Counted from the stretch's first letter, positions 12,876-25,632 are shown. The stretch: DNA of 64,000 nucleotides from an uncultured delta proteobacterium (GCA_963771175.1 CAVYSY010000037.1:1-64000); one strand, 5' to 3'. Numbers and translations: made by a program. Notes: a model not told the origin generated them from the letters alone.

Positions 12876-13886
12876 ATGACCACGGCCCTCTCGGCCCTCT
12901 CTCCCGCGGCGAGCCGCTCCCCGGCGCCTCTCCTCCAGCTCGATGGACTCACCCGCCGCTTCAAGGAGCGGGTGGCCCTCCATGGGCTGAGCCTCGCGGT
13001 GGGCGCGGGTGAAATCGTCGGCCTGCTCGGTCCCAACGGGGCGGGCAAGTCCACCACGTTCCAGCTCCTCGCCGGCCTGCTCGCCCCGGATGCCGGGCGC
13101 GTGCTGCTCGAGGGGCGTCCGCTGTCGCTCCATGACCCGGCGCTGCGTCAGCGCATGGGCATCATCTTCCAGCGCAGCAGCCTGGATGACCTGATGAGCG
13201 CGCGGGAGAACCTGATGCTCGGCGCCCGGCTGTACGGGCTGACGGGTGCGCGGGCCCAGGAGCGCGTGGAGCAGATGCTCCGCGTCATCGGCCTCCAGGA
13301 CCGCGGCGACGAGCGCGTCTCCACCTGGTCCGGCGGCATGCGCCGACGGCTGGAGCTGGCGCGCGCCCTGGTGCACCAGCCGAGCATCCTCCTCATGGAC
13401 GAGCCCACACAGGGACTCGACGAGGCCTCCTTCCGCTCCTTCTGGGCACACCTGAAGGCCCTGCGCGACGCCGAGGGCCTCACCGTGCTGCTCACCACCC
13501 ACCGCGCCGACGAGGCGGAGATGTGCGACCGCCTGGCGGTGCTGGACTCCGGCCGGCTGGTGGCCGTCGACACGCCGGCGGCGCTGGCCGCGCGGGTGGG
13601 CGGGGACATCCTCACCCTGGAGGCTCGCGAGCCCGAGGCCCTCGCGGCCGAGTTGCGCGCGCGGCTCGGCCTGGAGGCCCAGGTGGTGGAGGGCCGGGTG
13701 CAGGTGGAGGTGGAGCAGGGGCACGCGCTGGTGCCCCGGCTGGTGGAGGCCTTCCCGGCCGGCCGGCTCGCCTCGGTCTCCCTGCGCCGTCCCACTCTCG
13801 CGGACGTGTTCCTCCAGCTCACCGGTCGCGCGCTCGGCGCGGACCAACCCACCGCCGAGCCCCCTCGTAGGAGTCGTCGTCGATGA
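12876..13886 (+). CDS. ABC transporter ATP-binding protein (DrrA/NodI-like)
   Basis: GPNGAGKST, WSGGMRRR, LLMDEPT, LTTH. Confidence 0.93.
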   Translation: MTTALSALSPAASRSPAPLLQLDGLTRRFKERVALHGLSLAVGAGEIVGLLGPNGAGKSTTFQLLAGLLAPDAGRVLLEGRPLSLHDPALRQRMGIIFQRSSLDDLMSARENLMLGARLYGLTGARAQERVEQMLRVIGLQDRGDERVSTWSGGMRRRLELARALVHQPSILLMDEPTQGLDEASFRSFWAHLKALRDAEGLTVLLTTHRADEAEMCDRLAVLDSGRLVAVDTPAALAARVGGDILTLEAREPEALAAELRARLGLEAQVVEGRVQVEVEQGHALVPRLVEAFPAGRLASVSLRRPTLADVFLQLTGRALGADQPTAEPPRRSRRR

Positions 13887-14771
13887 ACGTCCACGCCACC
13901 ACCGCCCCGGACACCCGCCCGCCCGAGACGGCACTGCGCCCGGTGGACACTCCGGACTTCCGCCGAGGAGGCGAGGGCCCCCAGCGCGCTCGCGCTGCAG
14001 TGGGCCACCGTGCGCGTGCTGCTGGCGCGCGACGTGGTGCGCTTCTTCCGTCAGCCCAGCCGCATCATCGGCGCGCTCGCCCAGCCCATCCTCTTCTGGT
14101 TCGTCATCAGCGCGGGCTTCTCCGGCTCCTTCCGCGTGGAGGGCGCGCAGGGCCTGGGCTACCAGCAGTTCTCCTACCCCGGCATCGTCACCATGGTGGT
14201 GCTCTTCAGCGCCATCTTCGCCACCATCTCCGTCATCGAGGACCGGCGCGAGGGCTTCCTCCAGTCGGTGCTGGCCGGGCCGGGCTCGCGCCTGGCGGTG
14301 GTGCTGGGCAAGGCGCTGGGCTCCTCGGCCATCGCGCTGATGCAGGCCTCGCTCTTCCTCCTCTTCGCCCCGCTGGCCGGGGTGAAGGCCGCCACCCTCG
14401 ACCTGCCGCTGCTGGCGGCGGTGATGGTGCTGTCCGCCCTCGCCCTCACCTGCATGGGGATTGCCCTCGCCTGGTGGGTGCGCTCCACCTCCGGCTACCA
14501 CGCGGTGATGAGCATCGTCCTGCTGCCCATGTGGGGGCTCTCCGGCGCCGTGTTCCCCCTCAAGGGGGCCGGGCCCGTGCTGGCCTGGGTGATGCGCCTC
14601 AACCCCATGCGCTTCTCCGTGGAGGGGGTGCGTCGTGCGCTGTATGGCGCCGAGGCCTCGCTCGCGGTGGGCACCTCCTCGTCCGGCGCGGGCCTGGAGG
14701 TACCGGTGCTCTTCGTCTTCGCCACCGTCTTCCTCGGGCTGGCCGCCTTCAGCATCAGCCGCCGCGAATAG
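13883..14771 (+). CDS. ABC-2 type permease (frameshift near 5' end)
   Basis: Multiple TM helices; 'DRREGFLQSVL', 'LNPMRFSVEGVR'; ATGA overlap with the ATPase gene. Confidence 0.88.
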
Positions 14772-14892
14772 CTGGAAAGACAGGCCTTTCATTGACTTCC
14801 GGGTCCGCTCTTCTGCTACGACAGGAGGACCCGTTACATCTGGCTGCCCGCGCCCGATCCGATTCACGCCGGCGGCACGAGGGAGTGTGGAT

Positions 14893-15726
14893 ATGAAGCT
14901 GCGTACGCTGGGCGTCGCGGTACTCGGCACCATGGGGCTCGTCGCCCTGTCGGCCTGCAAGAACGAGGAGGCCGCGCCGACCCGCGCTCGTGGCGCCGTC
15001 CCGGCCCAGGGGGCGGCCGCGACGAAGCCCGAGGCGGCTCCGGCGGCGGCTCCCGCTCCCCAGGCGCTCACCGGTGGTGGGACCGTCCGGGGCACCGTGT
15101 CCTTCAAGGGCGTGCCTCCCACGCCGGTCGCCGTCACTCCCAGCATGGATCCCGCCTGCGAGGGCATGGCGTTGACGGCTCAGTCCGTCCAGGTGAAGGA
15201 CGGCAAGCTGGAGAACGTGCTCGTGCGCGTGCGCGGCCTGCTGCCCAGCACGAATGAGGCGAAGCCCGCCGTCATCGACCAGCACCAGTGCACCTACCTG
15301 CCGCGCGTTCAGGGCGTCGCCGCGGGCCAGCCCATCCTCATCAAGAACAGCGATGGCACGCTGCACAACGTGCGGGCCCTCGCCGGGACGAAGTCCATCT
15401 TCAACGTGGCCCAGCCGCCCCACGGCAAGCCCGTGCAGCGCGGTCTGCCCGCGGATGCCGAGGTGGTCCGCCTCAAGTGCGACATCCACCCGTGGATGGT
15501 CGCCTGGGTGGTGGTGAACCCGAATCCGTACTTCGCCACCTCCGGCGCGGAGGGCTCCTTCTCCATCGAGCACCTGCCCGCCGGCACCTACACCCTCGAG
15601 GCCTGGCACGAGACGCTCGGCACCCGCACGGCCGAGGTCACCGTGAAGGAGGGGGAGACCACCTCCGCTTCCTTCGAGTTCTCCTCGGCGGATGCCAAGG
15701 GCATGGCCTCGGGCGGCGTGAAGTAG
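14893..15726 (+). CDS. Lipoprotein with carboxypeptidase-regulatory-like and cupredoxin-like domains
   Basis: Lipobox LSAC; 'NSDGTLHNV', 'KCDIHPWM', 'GTYTLEAWHE'. Confidence 0.75.
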   Translation: MKLRTLGVAVLGTMGLVALSACKNEEAAPTRARGAVPAQGAAATKPEAAPAAAPAPQALTGGGTVRGTVSFKGVPPTPVAVTPSMDPACEGMALTAQSVQVKDGKLENVLVRVRGLLPSTNEAKPAVIDQHQCTYLPRVQGVAAGQPILIKNSDGTLHNVRALAGTKSIFNVAQPPHGKPVQRGLPADAEVVRLKCDIHPWMVAWVVVNPNPYFATSGAEGSFSIEHLPAGTYTLEAWHETLGTRTAEVTVKEGETTSASFEFSSADAKGMASGGVK

Positions 15727-15739
15727 CATCCCGGGGGCG

Positions 15740-16413
15740 TGGACCTCGTCCCTCCAGCGATGCGCGGTTCTCCGTCGCCCGGGTGCGCACCGAGGCGCTG
15801 CCTCCCGTCGCTCCGGTCCTGTCTCGCCAACGCCTCCGCTTGGGCACCGTGGCCCTCGTCCTCTTCGCCGCCACCTATGCCGTGCTCGGGCTCTCGATGG
15901 ACGTGCGGCGCTTCACCGGGCGCCCGCTGCTGGGCTTCCTCGACAAGGTGCAGGAGGCCCTCTCCGGCTTCCGGGGCATCAACACCTACGGCCTGTTCGC
16001 GGTGATGACCACCGAGCGGCAGGAGATCGTCATCGAGGGCAGCGCCGACGGGCAGACGTGGAAGGAGTTCCTCCTGCCGTACCGTCCGGGCCGCTGGACG
16101 AGGCTCCTCGCTTCGTGGCTCCGCACCGCGCCCGACTCGACTGGCAGATGTGGTTCGCCTCGCTCTCTACGTGTCGGGGCAACCCGTGGCTCATCCGCCT
16201 CCAGGAGCGCTGCTGACCCCACCGTGCGGCACCTCTTCACGGAGGACCCTTACGGGGACGCCGCCCCGCTTCGTGCGCACGCGCCTCTTCGACTACCGCT
16301 TCACGGACTGGGACACCTGGCGCGCTACAGGCAACTGGTGGACGCGGAAGGAGGTGGGGCCATACTGCCCGCCCCTCACGCTCGTGAACGGGCAGCTCCA
16401 GGCAGTGCCATGA
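15740..16413 (+). pseudogene. C-terminal fragment of a lipase maturation factor family protein
   Basis: 'NTYGLFAVMTTERQEIVIEGS.DG.TWKE', 'PRLDWQMWFA', 'YRFT' across frames; no N-terminal half or clear start. Confidence 0.7.
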
Positions 16414-16850
16414 TGGGTGGATGAGGGCTGCGCGCGCTGGCCTACACGGGTGACGAACAGCGACAGTGCGTGCGCACCGTACGTCCGCCACGTCCCCTAC
16501 CGAGGCCGCCGGCCTTCCGGGCGCGCTCTTCACGAACTTGTCCACTAACTGGACAAGTTGCTCAACCTTGAGCCCGGAGGGGTGCCCTGTCTTTAGCGAC
16601 GCGCCGACCTCCCGGGCGCGCTTTTCAAAAACCTGTCCGACAGTCGGACAGGTTTCTCGAGACCGAGCCCGGAGGGTCTCCTGTCCACCGAGACCTGTCG
16701 GCCTCCCGGACGCGCTCTTCACGAACGGGTCCGACAGTTGGACCACTTGTGCGAGCTCGCGTCCGGCGGTCCCCTCCTGCACGGACTTCCTGGCGCGGAG
16801 TCCTCCCGCCTCTCACGCTCGTGAACGGGCAGCATCAGGCGGTGACTTGA
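16368..16850. repeat. 46-bp imperfect direct repeat (16368-16413 / 16805-16850)
   Basis: 22-bp identical core CTCACGCTCGTGAACGGGCAGC at 16375 and 16812. Confidence 0.9.
16511..16790. repeat. Three tandem ~95-bp REP-like units with palindromic cores
   Basis: CCTyCCGG.CGCGCTyTTCA at 16513, 16608, 16702; palindrome AAACCTGTCCGAC-A-GTCGGACAGGTTT at 16629-16655. Confidence 0.85.
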
Positions 16851-18207
16851 CCGTGGACGGTCCCTCGCGCCGCAGGGTGAAGCCCACCCGGGCGCCTCCT
16901 CCCGGACGGTTCTCCGCGAAGGTGTCGCCGCCGTGGGCCCGGGCAATCCGCTGCACCAGCGCGAGCCCCAGTCCCAGCGAGCCCGCCTCGCGCGCCTCTC
17001 CGCCCCGGTCCTTCCGGTAGAAGGGTTCGAAGATGCGCGTCTCCTCGCCGGGCAGCAGCCCCGGTCCTCGGTCATCCACGCAGAAGGCGAGCTGTCCCTC
17101 TCGCTCGAGGAGCCGCAGCGCCTCCGTGCCCTGACCGTGCTTGCGCGCGTTGTCCAGCAGGTTGGCCAGTGCGCGCCCCAGCAGCGTGGCGTCTCCCACC
17201 AGCTTCGCGTCGGGCGCCTCCACCGCGAGCGTCTCCACCGGCAGCCCCGCCCGCTCCAGCGCCCGCGCCGCGAGGTCCTTCCCGTCCAGCTCACGGGGCG
17301 TCATCTGGCCGAAGTCCAGCCGCGAGCTCGCGAGCAGCTCGCCCACGAGCGCGTCCAGCTCCACCACCTCGCGCTCCATCTGGTCCGCCGTCCGCTCCGG
17401 GCCTCCGGCGTCGCGCATCAGCTCCACGAGCACCCGCAGCCGCGCCAGTGGCGTGCGCAGCTCGTGCGACACCGCGGCCAGCAGCTCGCGCTGGTCCGCC
17501 ATCTGCCGCTCGATGCGCGAGGCCATGTCGTTGAAGGCCTCGGCCATCACGGACATCTCGCCCGTGGCGTGCCGGCCCAGCGTCACCCGGGTGTCCAGCC
17601 TGCCCGCGCCCAGCTCCTGCGCGGCTCGCGCCAGGGAGTCCATGGGCCGGGACAGTCGCCGGGCGACCCACCCCGATGCCAGCCACAGCGTGGTCCCGGC
17701 CAGCAGCAGCACCATCGGTCCGCGCCAGGGCTGCCGATGCCGGGTATGCCCGTAACAGGCCAGGGCCGTGCCGAGCCTCACGCCGTCGCGCTCCACCGGC
17801 ACGGAGAGCTCCGCGTGCGGGGGGCAGGTCTCCCCGGTGCGCAGCAGCAGCGCTCCGGAGGCATCCCGCAGCTCCACGTCGAACTGAAGGTCCTCGGCGA
17901 CGGAGCGGGCGAGTGCGTCCCGGCGCGCGGGGTCGTCCCACACCTCGGCGAGGCGGTGGCCGGCGAAGGTGCGCACCCGGTCCATTTCCTGGCGCCAGGA
18001 GGGGCCGCCCATCAGGCCGCCCATCACGCTCATCACCGTGCCCACCACCAGGAAGGTGATGAAGATGGACACGCCGAACCAGACGAAGAGCCGGCGACGC
18101 AGCCTCGCGCGGATGAAGCACCCCAGCCGGCTCATGGGCCCGCGCGGGGGCCAGCCCCGGGGTCCTCTCCCATGGGGGCCCATGGGCCCGTGAGGGTGCC
18201 GTCTCAT
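16813..18207 (-). CDS. HAMP sensor histidine kinase (CpxA/RstB-like)
   Basis: Two TM helices, HAMP, SHELRTPL, NLLDNA, DRGPG, GLGLALV. Confidence 0.95.
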   Translation of the reverse strand: MRRHPHGPMGPHGRGPRGWPPRGPMSRLGCFIRARLRRRLFVWFGVSIFITFLVVGTVMSVMGGLMGGPSWRQEMDRVRTFAGHRLAEVWDDPARRDALARSVAEDLQFDVELRDASGALLLRTGETCPPHAELSVPVERDGVRLGTALACYGHTRHRQPWRGPMVLLLAGTTLWLASGWVARRLSRPMDSLARAAQELGAGRLDTRVTLGRHATGEMSVMAEAFNDMASRIERQMADQRELLAAVSHELRTPLARLRVLVELMRDAGGPERTADQMEREVVELDALVGELLASSRLDFGQMTPRELDGKDLAARALERAGLPVETLAVEAPDAKLVGDATLLGRALANLLDNARKHGQGTEALRLLEREGQLAFCVDDRGPGLLPGEETRIFEPFYRKDRGGEAREAGSLGLGLALVQRIARAHGGDTFAENRPGGGARVGFTLRREGPSTVKSPPDAARSRA

Positions 18208-18884
18208 GGGCCATCCTTGCTGAACAGGTAGCCCACCCCGCGCACCGTCTTGATGAGGCGCGAGCCCTCGTCACCCAGCTTCTGCCGCAGGTGGGAGATG
18301 TGCACGTCCACGGTGCGCTCGCCCACCACGGTGTCGCTCCGGCCGGCCTCTCCGAGCAGGGCGTCACGGGGAATGACGCGCCCGGCGCGCCGTACCAGCG
18401 CCACCAGCAGGTCGAACTCGAGCCCGGTGAGCTCCACCAGTCGGCCGCCCACGCGCACCTCGCGGGCGGACGCGTCGATGGAGACGCCGCTGGCCTCCAG
18501 CTTCTCCGCCACCGACGCGGGTTGGGCGCGCCGCAGCACGGCCCTCAGGCGCGCGAGCAGCTCGCGAGGGCTGAAGGGCTTGGCCAGGTAGTCATCCGCG
18601 CCCAGCTCCAGCCCCACCACGCGGTCCGTCTCGTCGCCGCGCGCGGTGAGCATGAGGACGGGGATGGTGCTCTTGGCGCGGATGCGCCGGCACACCTCCA
18701 GCCCGTCCATGCCGGGCATCATCACGTCCAGCAGCACGGCGTCATAGGCGCTGGCCTCCAGCGCTGCCAGCCCGCGTCCTCCGTCGGGCGCGTGGGTGAC
18801 GGTGATGCCGTGCTGCCCGAGGTACTGCGCGAGCAGCTCGTACATCCGGGTGTCATCGTCGATGAGGAGGACGCGGGTGGCCAT
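18204..18884 (-). CDS. OmpR-family response regulator
   Basis: LLIDDD, DVMMPGMDG, GADDYLAKPF, winged helix 'IKTVRGVGY'. Confidence 0.96.
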   Translation of the reverse strand: MATRVLLIDDDTRMYELLAQYLGQHGITVTHAPDGGRGLAALEASAYDAVLLDVMMPGMDGLEVCRRIRAKSTIPVLMLTARGDETDRVVGLELGADDYLAKPFSPRELLARLRAVLRRAQPASVAEKLEASGVSIDASAREVRVGGRLVELTGLEFDLLVALVRRAGRVIPRDALLGEAGRSDTVVGERTVDVHISHLRQKLGDEGSRLIKTVRGVGYLFSKDGP

Positions 18885-19104
18885 GGGAGGGGTCCGACTC
18901 TAACGCGGGCCGGGCTCGGCCGGAGCGTCGGGGACAGGCGCCTGCGCCTGGGGGCGGGAGGCGTCGCGTTGGAGGGTGGGGGCCGTGGTGGCACCCGGCG
19001 TACGGCGAGCCGTAGCGGTGCCAGCGGTGGAGGCTGGCGAAGCCGGAGGAGTAGCCGGCGAGGGTACCGAAGGCGAGCAGGGCGATGAGAACGCGGCGGC
19101 GCAT
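18853..19104 (-). CDS. Small hypothetical membrane/exported protein (3' end uncertain)
   Basis: MRRRVLIALLAFGTLAGYSSG with SD, within the operon. Confidence 0.6.
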   Translation of the reverse strand: MRRRVLIALLAFGTLAGYSSGFASLHRWHRYGSPYAGCHHGPHPPTRRLPPPGAGACPRRSGRARPALESDPSHGHPRPPHRR

Positions 19105-19140
19105 GGTGTGTTCCTTTCCTGTTTCAGGGTTCAGGACGGC

Positions 19141-19617
19141 TCAGCACCGCGAGTAGCCGCCGCGCCAGCCGCGGCCGCATCCGCCTCGGGCGTAGCCGTG
19201 GCCCCAGCCGTGCTCGAGCAGGTCCGCCAGCTCGCGCCGCTGCTTGGGGTCCAAGGCCTCGTGGAGCTTCGACAGCGAGGTGCGGAGCGTCTTGCGCAGG
19301 TTGTCGATGAGCTCGTCGTGCCGCGCGTCCAGCTCGCGCAGGCTGGCCGAGTCGAACGTCTCGCCGCGCAGGGAACGGGCAATGGCGGCGCGCGAGGCGC
19401 TCAGCTCGTCGCGCATCTTCTCGAAGGCCTCGGTGAGGTCATCCGCGGCCTGGACGAGGACCTTCTCCTGGCCGGGCGAGGTGTCCAGGCGCTCGAAGAG
19501 CCAGCGCATCCGGCCGCGCCAGCTCCAGCGGCCGCCGTGGCGGTGGTGCCAGCGGCCGCGGCGCAGGGTGAAGAGAAGGCCGGCGAGGCAGGCGGTGCCG
19601 AAAACGAATCCGAACAT
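19141..19617 (-). CDS. Spy/CpxP-like (periplasmic heavy-metal sensor family) protein
   Basis: 'RLDTSPGQ' and 'LHEALDPKQR' LTxxQ-like motifs; first gene of the two-component operon. Confidence 0.75.
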   Translation of the reverse strand: MFGFVFGTACLAGLLFTLRRGRWHHRHGGRWSWRGRMRWLFERLDTSPGQEKVLVQAADDLTEAFEKMRDELSASRAAIARSLRGETFDSASLRELDARHDELIDNLRKTLRTSLSKLHEALDPKQRRELADLLEHGWGHGYARGGCGRGWRGGYSRC

Positions 19618-19693
19618 GTGCTGCTCCTTCCGTGAGCGGCCGGGCGGTCAGGGGCCCGGCATCCATCGGTTGGTGCAGAAGGTACGGGGGGGG

Positions 19694-19732
19694 TGTGAAG
19701 CGGGCGCCCAGTACTTATGAAGAAGTGTGAAG
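19694..19732 (-). promoter_or_regulatory. Putative OmpR-type direct-repeat operator
   Basis: TRTGAAG at 19694, 19716 and 19726 upstream of the Spy-like/RR/HK operon. Confidence 0.5.
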
Positions 19733-19857
19733 GCGGCAGAGAGGAATGGGGGCTCTGTGGGGGTCGTTGGACCTCGCAGGCACCCCTAAGGTTGGGGTGT
19801 TGGCATCCCTAATGTCCGGGATGTCCGTTCGGCAGTACGCAGAAAGCAGGGATGTAC

Positions 19858-20064
19858 ATGGCAACGGGTACCGTGAAGTGGTTCAACGACGCGAAGGGCT
19901 TTGGCTTCATCGCGCCAGATGACGGTGGCGAGGACGTTTTCTGCCACCACTCCGCCATCAACATGGATGGCTTCCGCTCCCTGGCCGAGGGTCAGAAGGT
20001 GCAATACGAAGTGACACGCGGCCCCAAGGGCCTGCAGGCGCAGAACGTGCGTCCGGCGGGGTGA
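19858..20064 (+). CDS. csp: Cold-shock protein
   Basis: [18 protein letters not shown]...DVFCHHSAI...[10 protein letters not shown]. Confidence 0.97.
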   Translation: MATGTVKWFNDAKGFGFIAPDDGGEDVFCHHSAINMDGFRSLAEGQKVQYEVTRGPKGLQAQNVRPAG

Positions 20065-20216
20065 GGCCGTAACGCGATGGCCCGAGGGCCATCTCCTTCG
20101 CGCCCGCTCTCACCCCAGAGGAGAGAGCGGGCGTTTCCATTGCGGGGTCCGTGTCGCCCGGTGCTCCTTACCTTGTCCGGCAAAGGACAACCGCCAGCGT
20201 CCGCGAAGGAGCCGAG

Positions 20217-20583
20217 ATGGGCGACACCAGCGTGAAGAAGGTCGACTCCCAGTTCTCCCCGCAAGGGGCAGATGGGACAGAAGTACCTGGCCGGAGGCAT
20301 CCGGGTCTCCATGCGCCTGTGGGAGAACGAGCAGCCGGCAGAGCCACTGCCCCCCAGCGCGCGGGACTACGAGACGGTGGGCTACGTCATCAAGGGCCGC
20401 GCCGAGCTGCACCTGGAGGGACAGGTGCTGCTGCTCAACCCCGGGGACTCGTGGCTGGTGCCGAGGGGCGCCAGCCACACGTACAAGATTCTCGAGGCCT
20501 TCACGGCGGTGGAGGCCACCAGCCCGCCGGCGGGCGTGCACGGGCGCGACGAGAAGAGCCGGCCGGAAGAGGCCAAGGCCTGA
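20217..20583 (+). CDS. Cupin domain protein (frameshift near 20262)
   Basis: MGDTSVKKVDS joins 'MGQKYLAGG...YETVGYVIKG...GDSWLVP.GASHTY'. Confidence 0.85.
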
Positions 20584-20608
20584 GCGGCGCCGTGCGAGGG
20601 AAGGGGAA

Positions 20609-20681
20609 TGGGCCCTCCTGGATTCGAACCAGGGACCAATCGGTTATGAGCCGACAGCTCTGACCGCTGAGCTAAGGGCCC
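20609..20681 (-). tRNA. tRNA with CAT anticodon, most likely tRNA-Ile2 (lysidine)
   Basis: GGGCCCTTAGCTCAGCGGTCAGAGCTGTCGGCT CAT AACCGATTGGTCCCTGGTTCGAATCCAGGAGGGCCCA; ileX-like sequence downstream of rpoD; CCA not encoded. Confidence 0.92.
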
Positions 20682-20775
20682 TCGAGCCACGCACGGACGG
20701 CGCCGAAGCACCGTTCTGACCGAGGGAACTATCGCGCACCCCGCGCGGGCGCAAGAGGGCTGCCTGCCTGGAGGT

Positions 20776-21114
20776 TCAGCGACTCACGCGCCAGTGCGTG
20801 CCCTGGCCCTCCAGGCGCACGCCCTCGGCCTTCAGCCGCCGGGCCTGCTCCACCGCCACGGGGGGCGCGAGCGTCCCGTCCGCGCGGATGACACGCCACC
20901 AGGGCACGTTCTCCAACGTCTTCAGCTCCCGCCCCACGCCGCGCGCCGCTCCCGGCCGCCCCGCGTAGAGGGCCACCTGCGCGTACGAGCGCACTTCGCC
21001 CCGGGGAATGGCGCGCACCGCGCGGCGCACGGCCTCGGGGAAGGCGAGGGGCTCGTCCTGCCTGGGGGCGTCGGTCCCACGTGCCGTCTTCCGTGCCTTC
21101 CCGCGCTGGGCCAT
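20776..21114 (-). CDS. MGMT-family alkyltransferase-like protein (ATL/YbaZ type)
   Basis: '[13 protein letters not shown]...ARGVG...VPWWRV' with Trp in place of the catalytic Cys. Confidence 0.88.
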   Translation of the reverse strand: MAQRGKARKTARGTDAPRQDEPLAFPEAVRRAVRAIPRGEVRSYAQVALYAGRPGAARGVGRELKTLENVPWWRVIRADGTLAPPVAVEQARRLKAEGVRLEGQGTHWRVSR

Positions 21115-21134
21115 GTCGGACCTCCTGAAACGAC

Positions 21135-21168
21135 GAAGCCCCCGGTCCACGAAGGGAGCGGGGGCTTC
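21135..21168 (-). terminator. Hairpin downstream of rpoD
   Basis: GAAGCCCCCG...CGGGGGCTTC inverted repeat. Confidence 0.6.
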
Positions 21169-21218
21169 TTCTTACGTCAGGCATGCCCTCCTCGGGAGCG
21201 GGAGGGCAGGGGACTCGC

Positions 21219-23388
<2,170 letters not shown>

Positions 23389-23477
23389 TCGGGTACTTCT
23401 CCTTAGAAAAACAGGGGCTTGGCCTGGAGCGAGCCGGCCGATCTATCGCAAAGTAGAGGATTCTTACAAACGCGAAC

Positions 23478-25331
23478 TCAAACCGGTTGCATTGGTGCCT
23501 TTGTTCCCGGGGGAGGCGGGCGAATTTCGTCTTCCACGCGTTTCTTCAGGGAGAGGAGCTCCATTCGCTGGGCGTAGAGCTGTTTCGTCTCCTCGGAGAG
23601 GTCGATGGCACCGTCGGTCTGGCTGGTGGCGCGCGCGATGGAGTCCAACTGCTGCTTGATACGGCGCAGCATGATGGCACGGCAGATCTGCAGGAAGTAG
23701 TGCTCGAGGGCGGAGCCCTGCTGCTCGGCGAGCTGGCGGCCAGCCGCCTCGATGGCCCGTTTGACGGTGTCGTGGGCCTCGAAGAGGGCGTCCTCGGCCC
23801 CATGGCCGGAGATGGCGTGGGCGAGCGCCAGCCGCAGGCCGGGGTGGGACAGCTCGTCGCAGACGCGGAAGGAGTCTCGGGCCACCAGCCGGGGGTCGCG
23901 CAGGGCGGCGGCCACGTAGAGGGACTCCAGGGAGTCCGGAGGCTTCACGGGGGCCTGACGGGGGGCGGGCGCCGCGGGGCCGTTGAAGGCCGCTCCCCGG
24001 GTGGGAGGCCGCTGGCCGGGTGGGGCGCCCTGGGCGGGCTTCGCCGGCGGGGGCGCCTTGGCGCGCAGGGTGGACTCCAGCTCGGCGGCGGGCAGGCCGC
24101 ACCACGCACTCAGCGCGCCGAAGAAGGCCGAGCGCACCAGCCCCACCGGGAGCTGCGCCGACACCGGCTTGAGCCGCTCCAGCGAGGCCATCTTCTCCTC
24201 GAAGGTGGCCTCCTTGCCCTGGGGGAGGATGGTGGAGAAGACGTGGTTGGTGAGGGGACGGGCCTCGGCCAGCAGCCGCTCCATGCCCGCGGCGCCCTCG
24301 CGCCGGATGAAGACGTCGGGGTCGTCCCCCTGGGGCAGCAGGGCCACCTTGGCGGCCGCTCCGGCGGCGAGCAGGGGGCCGGCCAGGCGCTCCACGGCGT
24401 CCAGGCCCGCCTGATCTCCGTCCAGCAGGAGGAAGAGCTCCCGGGCCTCGGCGCGGCCGAGCACCTTGAGGTGGCCCGGGGTGAGGGCGGTGGAGCAGAG
24501 CGCCACCGTGTGCTTCACCCCCTCCTGGTGCAGGGCGATGCAGTCGAAGTAGCCCTCCACGAGGATGGCGGCCTTGCGGCGGCGGATCTCATCGCGCGCC
24601 TGGTCCATGCCGAAGAGCGTCTCGCTCTTGTTGTAGAGGCGGGATTCCCGGGAGTTCAGGTACTTGGGGCCCTCCTCGGCGTCCACCAGCCGGGCGCCGA
24701 AGGCAATGGGGCGGCCCTCCGGGGCGCGGATGGGGATGATGAGGCGGCTGCGGAAGAAGTCGTAGTAGCCGTCGCCCTTCTGGCGCTTGGAGATGAGGCC
24801 CGCGTTGAGGCCCCAGTCGATCATCCCCAGCTTGACGAGCCGGTCCGCCAGCGAGGTCCACGCGGCTGGGGCCCAGCCCAGTCCGAAGGCCCGGGCCGTC
24901 TCGTCGGAGATGCCACGGCTGGCGAGGTAGGCGCGGGCGCGGCGGCCCTCCTCCTCCCACAGGAGCGCGCGGAAGTGCTCGGCCGCCTGGTCGGTCACTT
25001 CCTTGAGCTGCTGGCGCTCCCGGGCGCCCGGGTCCTGCGCGGCCTCCAGGTCCACCCCCACCTCGCGGGCGAGGTCCCTCACCGCGTCGATGAAGGTCTT
25101 CCCCAGGTAGCGCTGGACGAAGGACACGGCGTCACCGCTGGCCCGACACCCGTGGCAGAAGTAGAAGCGCTTCTCCGGGACGACATAAAAGGAGGGCGTC
25201 TTCTCCTGATGGAACGGGCAGCGGCCCTTGAATTCGCGCCCGGCCTTCTTCAACTCGACATGGCGAGAGACGAGCCCCACCAGGTCCACCCGATCGAGGA
25301 CCTCCTGGATTTTGTGCTCGGGGATCATCAT
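23478..25331 (-). CDS. dnaG: DNA primase
   Basis: CPFHQEKTPSF zinc finger; KYLNS; VEGYFD; DGDQAG; DPD. Confidence 0.97.
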   Translation of the reverse strand: MMIPEHKIQEVLDRVDLVGLVSRHVELKKAGREFKGRCPFHQEKTPSFYVVPEKRFYFCHGCRASGDAVSFVQRYLGKTFIDAVRDLAREVGVDLEAAQDPGARERQQLKEVTDQAAEHFRALLWEEEGRRARAYLASRGISDETARAFGLGWAPAAWTSLADRLVKLGMIDWGLNAGLISKRQKGDGYYDFFRSRLIIPIRAPEGRPIAFGARLVDAEEGPKYLNSRESRLYNKSETLFGMDQARDEIRRRKAAILVEGYFDCIALHQEGVKHTVALCSTALTPGHLKVLGRAEARELFLLLDGDQAGLDAVERLAGPLLAAGAAAKVALLPQGDDPDVFIRREGAAGMERLLAEARPLTNHVFSTILPQGKEATFEEKMASLERLKPVSAQLPVGLVRSAFFGALSAWCGLPAAELESTLRAKAPPPAKPAQGAPPGQRPPTRGAAFNGPAAPAPRQAPVKPPDSLESLYVAAALRDPRLVARDSFRVCDELSHPGLRLALAHAISGHGAEDALFEAHDTVKRAIEAAGRQLAEQQGSALEHYFLQICRAIMLRRIKQQLDSIARATSQTDGAIDLSEETKQLYAQRMELLSLKKRVEDEIRPPPPGTKAPMQPV

Positions 25332-25632
25332 GGGCCCAACCCCCTTCGCCCGGCGTGGCCGAACCGCCATGGTCCGCCCACCGGCCCCTTCGGACGAGTA
25401 TGGCGCCGGCCCCTGACATGGGAGCCACGGGCGCCAGGACGCGAGGCGTCACCGGGGAGCGGGAGACCGGAGGCGTTCCGGCGCGGGTCGACGATGTGGG
25501 GCAAGAGGGCCATTTCCGGTGCTGCGTGGCTGCCCGGGTAGTGGGGCAGGGGGGCAACCGGAATACCCTTAATGGCCGATCAGCGGCCGGGCAAGTTCAA
25601 GACCCGCCCGGCGCCGTTCAAGGCCGGGAACT

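Noticed and set aside
16511..16790. Possible CRISPR array
   Set aside because: Units are degenerate, the intervening sequence is also similar between units, the period is ~95 bp and no cas genes are present
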